This document shows, one piece after another, positions 53,278 to 64,000 of a stretch of 64,000 nt of DNA (position 1 is the stretch's first letter; every line of letters begins with the position of its first letter). The position numbers and the translations under genes were made by a program. The stretch comes from Tubulanus polymorphus (taxonomy: Eukaryota; Animalia; Nemertea), in contig NC_134025.1 in assembly GCF_964204645.1 (NCBI RefSeq), positions 11,036,001-11,100,000 of the forward strand, in the 5' to 3' direction. Below the pieces are notes generated by a model. The model saw only the letters and a program-made list of their open reading frames with translations, had not been told where the DNA came from and searched no databases.

Positions 53278-54472
53278 TGAACTCTCGTGAATATAATGAT
53301 ATGAAGTTGCGACTTTGTGTTCGTGTTCGTTTGAACGACACCGCGCACCACACCGAGACGACCAGGCGATGATGACGATTTTAAACTGCTGAACGCTGTA
53401 TGCAAATTAGGCAGACATTCTGTGTGCGGAGCGAGCTGGTCGCCAAGGTTTCGCAGTAAAAAGCCACTGGCTAAAATGCATTGCAATTGAATGACAGGAA
53501 GCTGAAGTCGATATTTCAATGCAAATGATAGTGTGCGTGGACCTCCAGCACTTGCCGCAGCAGCAGCAGCAGCGGCAACGGCGCATACGCGGGTAAAACG
53601 TTGATAAAAATTTGAAGCTTTAAATTTTCCCAGATTTACTGGCGCGGCAAAATTTCCAGAAACATCAGTGGCCAGATCTATTTCATTATGATTATGATTA
53701 TTATTATAATCATTTTTATTACTTATTGATTACTATCATTGTTTTCTTTTTTCTCATCGTTTCTTACAAGTTCCTCATCATTCCTTGTCTCTGTCACATT
53801 AACATTTGTAGATTAGTATATTTGTATAATCATTACTGTACCAATCTTTACAGTGGGCATATGCCCTACAGGTACAGTTCTTAGGGCTCAGGGTGGTTGT
53901 CCTCCTCAAATATGTAATCAATGTGTAACTAATCAAAAGAATCGTGTATGTACACTGATGTTCATATGTTTATGAAAATTCATTAATTACAACAAACCCT
54001 CGATAACGGTATTCTGATGAGAGTCACTAATTCCCCGGAATTTAAAAGCGTTTCTTTACGCGCTGGTGTGTACGTACGTACGTACGTATCAATGAAAGCG
54101 CTGCGCGATTAATATTTAAAGAAATTGATTTTCTTTTTTGCGCCGGCAATAGCCACGTCTTGCAGGCGATAGTAAGAGAGTCCCTGCGCCTGACCAATAT
54201 TCCGTCCGTACTATACTCTCGACTCGCGGGTATCGGCGGCAGTGGTGTACACTTCATATTCGCATCAATATTTCACAGATTCGCCGGCAGTTAATTGATC
54301 GGGCTCGCAGAATAGAAAATAAGTCACATGCGGCGAAGTTGATTAATTTCCATAATGCAAACCTGATTGTCCAAAGTCGGCGTAATGAAATACTTGTTTG
54401 TTGCGTCCGTTCGAGTCTTCGTCCTTAGCACGGAAATAAATGGCTACGGTGGCGTACTCAAATGAAAAGCAT

Positions 54473-54512
<40 letters not shown>

Positions 54513-54651
54513 TATGTATGTATGTATGTATAGCCTATTTCATTGCGGCGATTCAATTTCTTGTACATTCTGATGATTCCATATCGAAACTAGCTTCTTA
54601 GGTTAAATAATCACTATACTGATATCTTCAATCTATTTTTTTTTACTGGTG

Positions 54652-54828
54652 TTGCAAACCTCGCCTTACTCGGACATAGCCAACTCGGAGGGTTGACTAG
54701 CTCGGACTGAAACGGAATCATTATTTCAACTTTATCCGAAGTTATTTCCTATCCTTACGTCGGACTCAACTTACCTCGACCCGACTCTTCCAGTCCCAGT
54801 TTGTCCGAGTTAGGCAAGGCTTACTGTA
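54652..54828. mobile_element. Tc1/mariner-pogo-type MITE (degenerate)
   Basis: Left GCAAACCTCGCCTTACTCGGACA versus right TGTCCGAGTTAGGCAAGGCTTACTG followed by TA (reverse complement TACAGTAAGCCTTGCCTAACTCGGACA); internal CTCGGA subrepeats. Confidence 0.6.
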
Positions 54829-57800
54829 TTTGGATTCGGGAGACAAAAAGTTCAAAGCTGATCTACATCTTACATTTCAAAAGCAAAAAATTTCAATATT
54901 TGACTACCGTAGTACATTTAACTGTCGGCTGCATGGGCCAATGGTGAACTAGTACAAGATTCAAAATACTCTCAAAGTATTGATAGAAGTATTTTCGTAG
55001 TTATCAAACAACCCATTCCGACTGTTAATCATTCCATCCGACGACGAACCCAGTACCAGATTTACTCGTACACACGAGATCCTCTGAGTATCGAATAGAG
55101 TATTTGTCGCAGTTATCAAACAACCATTCATACATAATTGACGCGCGACGACTTCACGAAAACGAAGTGATGTATGTCGTCGTAGTTTTCTTATTTTTTT
55201 TCTCATCCTCATTTATTCATTCGATTCATTCATCGTCGCCCCCGTTTTTAAACAATCAACAGGGCCGCCGTGTTCGCGTCGTCCCACGGCGCGAAACAAG
55301 ATCAAATATTAAGAAATTCCAGAAACAAGCGAGCCTTTTTTGGCGCGGAAAAAACTCGCGACTAACGCGAGTTTATGAACCAGCTAGTCTAATAAGATTT
55401 ATCAATGTTCGTTCAGCGAAAATTTCGTCATTCAGGTCCGCCCATATATCTAAGATGTTTTGTCTCTCAGGGTTTAGTGACTTTAATTGATGTCATCTAG
55501 TACGAGGGATCGCAGGGTCGTTTGCAACTGCTTGCAGATGAACTACGACCAAGGAACAGGCTTTAGTAAGCACAGGAGAGCGCAAGGCATACATATTATG
55601 GGGCCCTGCACCCAATAGAAAATTTTCATTTAGGCTCAGCAGTTGTCTATTGATTTATGAACTTAATCAACGTTGGCCGATGATAATAAATACTAGGCTG
55701 AATGGAAAAGATCATGTGAATAGACCCATGATGGTGCATTTAATTCTTAACTGGTTCGGTGGCACATGGTACATCATAAATCCAAGATCTAAACATAAGA
55801 CATGTTACTTTTTATCCTAGGAAAAGGTGCAGCAGTCGGAGCAAGCGCGGCAGTGATAGCTAACAGTGATAGATAATACATAATGTAATGCGACTGACTG
55901 TTCTAAATCTTGGACAAACGACCGATTAAACCGATCATCATCGAGACCTGCCCTCGTCGTAATCAGGATATCGTCTTAATGTTCGCCATCAAGTTTCAAT
56001 CGTGAAACTTCTCATTTTCGAGATAACCGATGAACCAGATACGACGACGACGCCGCCGTAGCGCCGAGCATTGAGAGAGAGCGAGAGAGAGAGCGAGAGA
56101 GAGAACCGTCGTGTCATTCGCAGAAAGAGACATAATGACCAATTCTCTAATGAAGATCGTTCCTTGTCTCGCGCTTCATTCATATTCTTGTCAGGGCTTT
56201 GAAAATTGAAATCGTAACAACGCGCATTTTAAACAGCGCGATATCAGTTAAAGAGTGCGTTGTCGTCGTCGCACGACGACAGATCGGTCCTTTAAATTTT
56301 AAAGATAGCTCGACACGGCGTTAACAGTAAAACATCTTCCGTTTCTTGCATAACGACGTCGATTTACGCATTTGCTTCACGATATCAAAAGTTTCTGCGT
56401 TCGAGAGCAAAGACAAAAGCGCCGACCGTACGGCGGGGCGCTTTAAACCGCCGCCGAAACGCCGATATCAGTAGGAATTTCGACGGTTTGAATTTCTTTC
56501 AAATTCGTTTCAAACGTAAAACGGCACGGTCTTCAATCGCGATGTTACGCGATTAAAAGCCAACGGAGATACCCTAACGGACGCATTAACACCCGTAGTA
56601 CCGGTTAGATTACGCGTAATGCGCGCTGACATCCGAGACTTGATTTCGAAATTACGACTTTTCATACGCCGTCCCCCGAATACCCACGGGCTCATCTGGT
56701 TAGTTTTTGCTTAACCAAAACAAAAAATACAACCCTCAGTATTTAAAATTCGTTTTTTTCCGAGATCATAACGCGGTTTTGATTTCCTTTGTTTCGCTAC
56801 GCGATAAAGAAGAGCGCATTATTCGAAAAAAACTTTCGAACAAATTTGAAAACGAAAAAAAAAACAAACTAGAATCAGCAATTTAAATAAGGGTGTCGCT
56901 TACAATCGGGCTTGATTAAACCGCGCTCGACGGAATGTCGTCTTTAAGATGCATTAAGTTTTTCGAATTATCATTCATTTTACATTGTCATTTTCGATCG
57001 CGAACATCCGAAATTTTACATAACTTGTTCACGAAAGTGTGTCGAAATATGAAATCGAGTAAAAAATGATTGAATTCATCGCCGTGATTCATCGGCATCA
57101 ATTAGACATGCAAAATGTGGCGTAACAGCCGAAATTGAAATTTGGACACTTCGACGGCGCCGAAATGCAAATACGTTCTAATTAAACAAATTAAAATTGA
57201 ACGAACCGTACATCGTGTTAGACATCTTTTTATGATCCGTCTTTTCCAGGTAGTATAACGTATGCCGACTGTTTGAAAGCGTCGTTATATCGAGACGTAT
57301 CTCGTCCGCGTCGAGATGGTAAAAAAAGATGACGCAATCTTTGCTACATTGTCGAGCAATCTATTACGTTCGACGCCGTCCTACTTTAAAAGGACACAGA
57401 TGGATAGTTTGAGTTGGTTTCGTCATTTGAAATATGCAGTAGGAAATTGAAAAAGTTTGAGAGCAATTTCGTATGAATAGGAGTCAGATTCTGGGCTCGG
57501 ACAAGTTTTTCTTTTTAAGTTGGTTAGCAGAAATATATCAATTGGTTATTACAATGCCATTTTAATAGTACCTATGGGATTCATATACAAGTTAACTTTG
57601 ACATTAACTTTTGTGCAATTGGCCCTGAAGGTTAACTTTGAACTTGAAATACGGATGATTTTTTGACGCCTTATAAAACGTTACCATTATGAAACCTAAA
57701 CAATGTTAACCATTCAGCGTCATTTTACAAACGACAGCCGACAGCCGTAAATCGATGTGCAAAACTCACAGGTCTATGTGTACACAAATAAGCTATCTGG

Positions 57801-58719
57801 CAAAATATTATTGACATAGATGTAGAATGGCTTCCTGTGATTATATAATGACCTATATTTGAACGTCGAAATGTTATATTGCATTTATATTGCATTGAAT
57901 ATCATTAGAAGACGTATTGTAATAGTAAAGGATGTATGATTATATCAGAAGCGGCAGGCATAAATAGAAATGATAAGTAAATCGGATTATTCGGTTAAAT
58001 GGCGGATGTATACACGATTTGGAAGTCTGATATAAAAGTCAGACCCTGACGTGGGCATGCGGGTGGAATGACGAAGCTATCTACGATGTGTGTAGGGCCG
58101 GCGTGTATTTCATCAGCGGCTACAAGCGGTCAATATGAAAATGTGTAAACATATAATTTCAATATTCAAACGTTTTAGAAAATATGTTTGATATTAGGAG
58201 TATGCAGGTTTCGTGAGATTAGCAATTTATAATAGCATAGCTATCATATACGGCTCCGCGTCCTCTGATGGCATGTGTATTAGGTGACAATTCAATTCAA
58301 TTCTTTATTGATCCTTATATCTTCTATTGATTCTATCAATTATTGATTCTATTGATTCTATCAATTATTGAGAATTTTCAATAAAAAAATTTAAACCACT
58401 ACAAGAGTCGAAGACCCGCTGTATCATCTACCCAATCGCCAAATCTCATCATTCCCCAAATTTCTTAAAACTTCGATTTCACATTTGCAATTCCACATTA
58501 GCTTAGCCCAGAAATTATACATTTTTTTCGCAGGCGTCAAATAATTTTCTAAAATTAATTTTCTTGTTCTTCTTTTTATTTGATTTGATTGATTTGATTT
58601 GTACTTACAAGCCACCACACCTGCCCGGAATAAAACAGGAGTTCAACCAAAGCATTATGTATATTTCAAAAATGACTGGACGATATCTTACACAAAATTC
58701 AATACATTTTGGGCTTAAA

Positions 58720-58905
58720 TTTAACAATTAGATAACTATACAGGGCGCATTTCCAACTTATTGTTCAATGAAAGGCCACTCTAAATAAGTGGGTTTTTAG
58801 CCTCAACTTGAAAGTGTCAGCACGTAGAGGTGGCACTAGCTTATTCCAGAGTCGGGGACCAGAACGTAAAAAACTGTGATTCCCGAACTTAGTGTAGATT
58901 CTTTC
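58720..58905 (-). mobile_element. L2/CR1-clade LINE 3' fragment (ORF2 C-terminus)
   Basis: Minus-strand translation RIYTKFGNHSFLRSGPRLWNKLVPPLRADTFKLRLKTHLFRVAFH* (stop at 58767-58765) has the GxxSF...GPxLWNxL...FKxxLKTHLF signature of L2/CR1 ORF2 ends. Confidence 0.75.
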
Positions 58906-59508
58906 GGATCCTCATCATCGGAGAGTCTTCGTTACGGGGAAACGCCCAACAAAAAAGTAGCCGGACACGATGGAAAGTGAGTAGGTATGTTTCACCGAAG
59001 GATGACTAATGTCCTTTAAGTTTCTCCCACGCTTACCACCGCTGGCGACGTGTACTACTACTCGAAAAAAACTACTACAAAATGCTGAAGTGGTTTGTTG
59101 TCGGGTTTGTTTTTTCTCGGCGTCGCCAACGGCTAGTTATGACAACGGCCAGCGAGCCCCGCACGCGTAATTGTCATTGTCATTCAGGTGTAGTACCGAG
59201 TAGTGACCCGAGCCACTTTATCACGCCGGCTAATTGGCCGCCGGCAATCAAGCCCCGGCAAAGTGTACGGCACCGGTGCCCTCTACGTTCACCTCGCCGA
59301 CGGTCTCATTAACTATCGTAAACACGCTGATGACTGATTGGTCATTCTGCCCGATGAACCGGACATCATTAGCGGCGATGCGAGCATCTTTTTTTTATCC
59401 TTTTTATCCGGTGGATGGAATTTTTTTGCGGGCTACCATATGACGATGGCGAGTGTACAGTATACGACGTAGAGCTGATATAATTAGGATCCGTTGATTG
59501 ACCATAGC

Positions 59509-59735
59509 TTAGGTTTAGTTTAGTTTAGAAGAGTTTTACATCCCAACTGCAAGTAACAGTGTAACCCTAGTGGGTCTTAAGAGACGGCCAGGGCCTTTTT
59601 ATAGGTTGTTATGGCTCACAACCTAAGTTAGCAGAGCTTAGTCCATGTATGTGTCTCGACAGCCAATGCCAGAGGTGGTTTCGAACTAGGGGCTTCTTGG
59701 TACCCAGTCCACCACTCAACCGAGCTAACTGCACC
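59509..59735 (-). mobile_element. tRNA-derived SINE, family 2 (degenerate)
   Basis: The minus strand starts GGTGCAGTTAGCTCGGTTGAGTGG...AGTTCGAAACC (A/B-box-like) and ends in a (CTAAA)n tail. Confidence 0.55.
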
Positions 59736-60541
59736 TAGGACAATGCGAAAAGTGAATGACACGATTGCATCACTAGAATAGGGGATGGCACTGAATCAAA
59801 GCGATTTGCGATTCGATTTGATTTCATTCTTGAAAACTAAAATGCGGCTTCGGGCTATATCATTTTGAAGTCATGGAACGATGACGTACCGTAACTTTCA
59901 AGTCGCGACTTTCAAAGACTTCGCGATCTTCCAAGACCGACAGACAGACCGACTCAACGACGACATCCATAAAAAATAGCTGTACTGCTTCGTTCTCGAA
60001 TTTCAAGATCGAGTCTCATCAAAGTATTCGAAACTGACGCGATTGACGTGACGCGGATGAAAAAAAAAAGATAGGTTCGCGATATATTTGATCGACGTTT
60101 TCAAACTCCGGGTTCTCAGAAGTCGTTGAAAAATCGCATCCGAGCTCAAGTGATTAATGACCGTAATCGATAAGTTATTCCACTGTTTTCTAAAGTGGTC
60201 AAACAAAAAACGCCGCTTTTCCCCGTCGGCGCAAAACTGAAGATCAAACACGATAAACGCATCGGCGATGCAAGAGACGTCGGAATGTCGTCGGGTTGGT
60301 CATTTCAAGTGCGTTTACACGGTGTGCGTTGATTGCAGCCATCGTCGTCATCCGTGAGAACCGTCTTATTCGTAGATTTCGGAAAAACGAACGACTGAAT
60401 AATTCATCATATTGAATCTTGAAGAAAAATCTTGACGGCGATAGCGAGGAGCGAATAATCTCGGCCAAGGCGCCAATGTCTTTTAAGTAAGATATATTAT
60501 TACTCCATTCTCTCAGGTGAATATAATCAAGATATTTTTGG

Positions 60542-60735
60542 TTTTTTTCTTAACACCCTCAACCCGCTAAGCGCCACACAGGGCATTATAAGCAGGTTCA
60601 ATGTTTTTTTCCCAATTGGTTAGAGACCAGAGGAGAACCTTCCACCAAGAAACTCTGTCGCCACCAGGGTTTGAACCCATAAACCCTGGATTGATGAGAC
60701 CAGTGACCAGCAGCTTAACCGGCCACTAATGCGCC
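60542..60735 (-). mobile_element. tRNA-derived SINE, family 1 copy 2
   Basis: Shares GAACCTTC.ACCAAGAAACTCT...CCACCAGGGTT.GAACC...AAACCCTGGATTGATGAGACCAGTGACC with copy 1. Confidence 0.75.
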
Positions 60736-60891
60736 TCTAGATATTTTTGGTGACGGGTAACACTAGTGGTGCTTTGACGGTTTTATAGTCGATGCGCGAA
60801 TACTAGTTTTTTCAGACATCCATAATTTCACAATTATGCACTTCGATTTAAACAAAAGATGCCGTAAAATCGAACGCCGATCACACAACTG

Positions 60892-61012
60892 TATCTGCAT
60901 TTGGAAATTCCGATTTCAAAATCAAACCCCCTGTTTTACTCATGGCAGGTGTGGTGGGTTTGCAAGAGATAAAAAAATCAAAACGAATTAAACTAAATCT
61001 ACCAATCGAATT
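60892..61012. repeat. Dispersed repeat family D copy 2 (inverted relative to copy 1)
   Basis: TTCCGATTTCAAAATCAAACCCCC...GGCAGGTGTGGTGGGTT. The ORF track shows the shared peptide PTTPA...GGLILKSE in both places. Confidence 0.7.
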
Positions 61013-63673
61013 GTCAATCCGTATTTCAAGGTCAAAACAAGACATTTTAACTACGATTCTTCGAACATCAGTGTATTTTTTGTCACGAAAAACCTTAACG
61101 AACCAGTTAAGAGGAAGCTGAAACAGAAATAACCGTATCGAATATAAATCCTTCCATACTCGACTAATCGTAATGGACACCTCTCATCGCCGATCATATT
61201 TACCGCCATTTCCACTCTCCGTTTTTGTATTTGCCAAAGATATCCCCCAGCCTTGTCAAAAAGTCATTTCATAATAATATCATCACCGCGAAACGCTACG
61301 AAAACGCTTTTCTCTCGTTTGTTTGAGTTCCTCATCGCGCGGCGCGCTTGTTTTATGACGACAACGCGATGGGCATTTGATTGGCGTGTTTGTCGAACGG
61401 TCTTCGACCGAGTTGACCAAGCGGTATTTCGCAATTAACTGACCATAAACGCGAAGCCGACATAATCGACGAAGCACAACACACGTACCACTTAGCGAAG
61501 CCCTTTTACCGGGTTTAGATACACAAGATAATGCGGCTACTACGACTGATATTTGTTTGCTGATGAGGTGCGGAGTTAATCTCAATTTACTAGAAGCCGG
61601 CCGTATAACGGCGTTAGCCTTTACCTACTCGTCGTGTAGCCCGGCGTAGTAGCGCGATATCGATCGCAGCCGCGCGCTGTTGACACAACGCCGTAATATA
61701 TGGCCGTTGTAGCAATTAAATTGAAAAACCTGACAATACCATAGTAACTTTACTCAGATTCTCGGGGGCCGGGCTAACAATGCGAAAATTGCGAACGCGG
61801 CCGCGGCCTCGGAAATCGATATTTTACGTCTGACGCTCGCCGGAGCGGAAATATTCGCGGTTAGATTAATAAACGGAGAAATATACGCCGGATCGTTGTT
61901 GCTGATGCCAATTCTATCCACCGGACAAATTCTGCATCGGGCGAAAATATCGGAGCAATTTATTTGAATTCGAAGATGACGACGGCGGCGACGTTTTAAA
62001 AACAGCGATCTCCGATACCGCGGACGCCACGCGCGCGCGTGCGTACAGACGATTCCGATAACCGACCGAAACGAATTTCTCGATCGCTATCACCGTCGGG
62101 TCGGTTTTCGCTGCTAGCGCCGATGCCAGCCCGGCAGGTACCGGCTCTTATGCATAATTGATAACGAAGAGGGTATATTCGCCGGTGTTATAGTACGGAT
62201 GATATGAATAACCGGCTGTGTACAAACGCCATTGATTACCTTCGTCGTCGTCGTATATCGATGAAGTCTGTCTGCCGCCCGACCATCAAATATACATGTG
62301 TATTAGTTTTTTTAACGGACAATGGGAAAATATAGTAGTTTATAGAGAAACTGGCACTTCAGAACCGCCTTAAAAACATGGGCAACAACCCTTGATTTCG
62401 GTGAATGAACAAAAGTACCTGCTCTATGGTAACCCCGCTCGATGCTCAATGGATCTATTACATCAGTATTTCCGCATCGAGAATACAATTCACCGAATCG
62501 CCTTTGCAACACACGGCCAACACGACAATGGCTCTGTATATTCCATATCAAACTGAAGCATAATTTCACCCCAATCGACTATCTCACTGCAGTGCATTCT
62601 GCATGATTGCTAGGACAATTCCTCAGTTCTCGGTGAGATTCAAGTCAAAAACATTGGACTTAAACTCGAGACTCAAACTCTATACATGTAGGCCTATACA
62701 ACCACAAACTCAACTGAGGGAACCAGGTCCAGAAGTACAGAAAATACTCGAGGCTCATTTCTCAGTAAATCTAGACTCGCCCCTTTACACTCGATTGATA
62801 AATCATGTGGTCAGCTATAAGGGTTCGGAGCATTCGAAATCTCAAATTCAAATTGCAGGGTATAGTCCGGAGCACGCCAGTCGGCACTACTCATCAAAGT
62901 GGTACAATCGATCATTCATCAGTTTCTGTTTGGATACATGATTATGAATTGTATACATTTCAATTTAATTTCTTAGTCATCGAATTGAAACGATCTGTAT
63001 TTTGAATGTGTTTTGCGGTAATAAAGGTTGGTTTCATCGGTTTATATCCGCATAAACTTCTCTCTTGCCGACTGGAGAGTTCGTAGAGTCCGAATGTAGC
63101 AACGAAATAAACCGTCTGCGAGTGTCGAGTACGTAATTCAATAACCGACAATGGAAACGTCCATAGTTGGTTAACAGTTATTCTGAAAATATACCCTCCT
63201 AGCTTACAATGGCTGTCGAGGATAATTCTTCCGCGATATATAGATCCGTATGAAATTTCAATACCGATTATCAACGATCATTTTTTTATCGAAATCAATC
63301 GAGATTATTGACCATTATCGTGACGGGAAAGACAACCCGCTGCAGTTTGCGCGCGTGTACTCGTGTCTGTATGATGGCGTTCTATTGATTATGATATTTG
63401 ATATTCATTTATCTCTGATACGCTCTCACTGGATGTCCGGCCCAGTCGGCTGTGATTCTGTAATGACCACCGCGCGGATGGAAAAGCCAAATCCTCGAAT
63501 ACAGATTGATGTCTCAATGGACTGTGCATAAAAGCATAAGAGTCGACTTCAATATCTCTGCATGCATAAGACATACAAATGTTTCACCATGTCGTTATAT
63601 ATACATTTACAAAATGGTCTTATTATGAGTGTGAAAAACTGCATATACAAACGAAAAAAGGCATGTTGTAGGA

Positions 63674-64000
63674 CAGGGGCGGATCCGAGGGGAGGGTGCA
63701 GGGAGTGTGTACCCCGTCCTAAATAAGTCAAGCTGCCCTGAAATTTTACGGGAAAATGAAAGTTTAGATTCATAAGCTTCTTCTCTGTTTTTCTGGAAAA
63801 TGAGGTAATGTTTTCCAATGATCAGGTATACCCTTTTAATCATATATGACCTATTTTGGGGGTGAATCCCTCCCCAAATTAGACCCTAGATCCCAAGGGC
63901 GGATCCAAGACTTCTGTGGGGGGTGGACAGGACAAAGTAAAGCACACCTTTTGAAGCGCCGAGCGCCGAAGGCGCGAAACCCAAAAGGGGTGTTCTTAAA
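63674..64000. repeat. Two adjacent GGGCGGATCC-headed interspersed repeat copies (second truncated by the window edge)
   Basis: AGGGGCGGATCCGAGGGG at about 63675 and AGGGCGGATCCAAG...GGGGGG at about 63896, with G/C-run-rich bodies. Confidence 0.45.

Noticed and set aside
54569-54600. CTGATGA...GAAAC hammerhead-like word pair (also at about 11358)
   Set aside because: No consistent stem I or stem II pairing.
62312-62569. 85-aa minus-strand ORF as a retroelement remnant
   Set aside because: No diagnostic RT or endonuclease motif recognisable.

Overview
Eukaryotic (animal, invertebrate-like) genomic DNA: AT-rich but not CpG-depleted, with no prokaryotic features. The only protein-coding gene I can support is a minus-strand BCL11A/BCL11B (CTIP1/2; Drosophila CG9650/Chronophage) family zinc-finger transcription factor. 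Two coding exons are visible: 35847-36245 (N-terminal CCHC finger) and 6245-8655 (six more fingers and the stop). A 27.2-kb phase-1 GT-AG intron joins them in frame (...TSNT-E-PCNFIC...). I did not find the first coding exon, which should carry the MSRRKQ NuRD-binding motif, so it probably lies beyond position 64000. Positions ~430-6244 look like a long 3' UTR with three identical miR-183/miR-263-type 8mer seed sites, Pumilio elements and GC-rich hairpins. The rest is intronic: several MITE-like families in 2-3 copies, tRNA-headed SINEs, an L2/CR1 LINE 3' fragment, minisatellites and microsatellites. It also holds a ~200-bp fold-back element with a degenerate Penelope-type hammerhead-ribozyme-like core and a perfect inverted duplication around a (TA)n tract. 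Nearly all other ORFs in the track are chance or shadow ORFs. I see no convincing wholly new multi-gene system; the best leads are regulatory or RNA-level.
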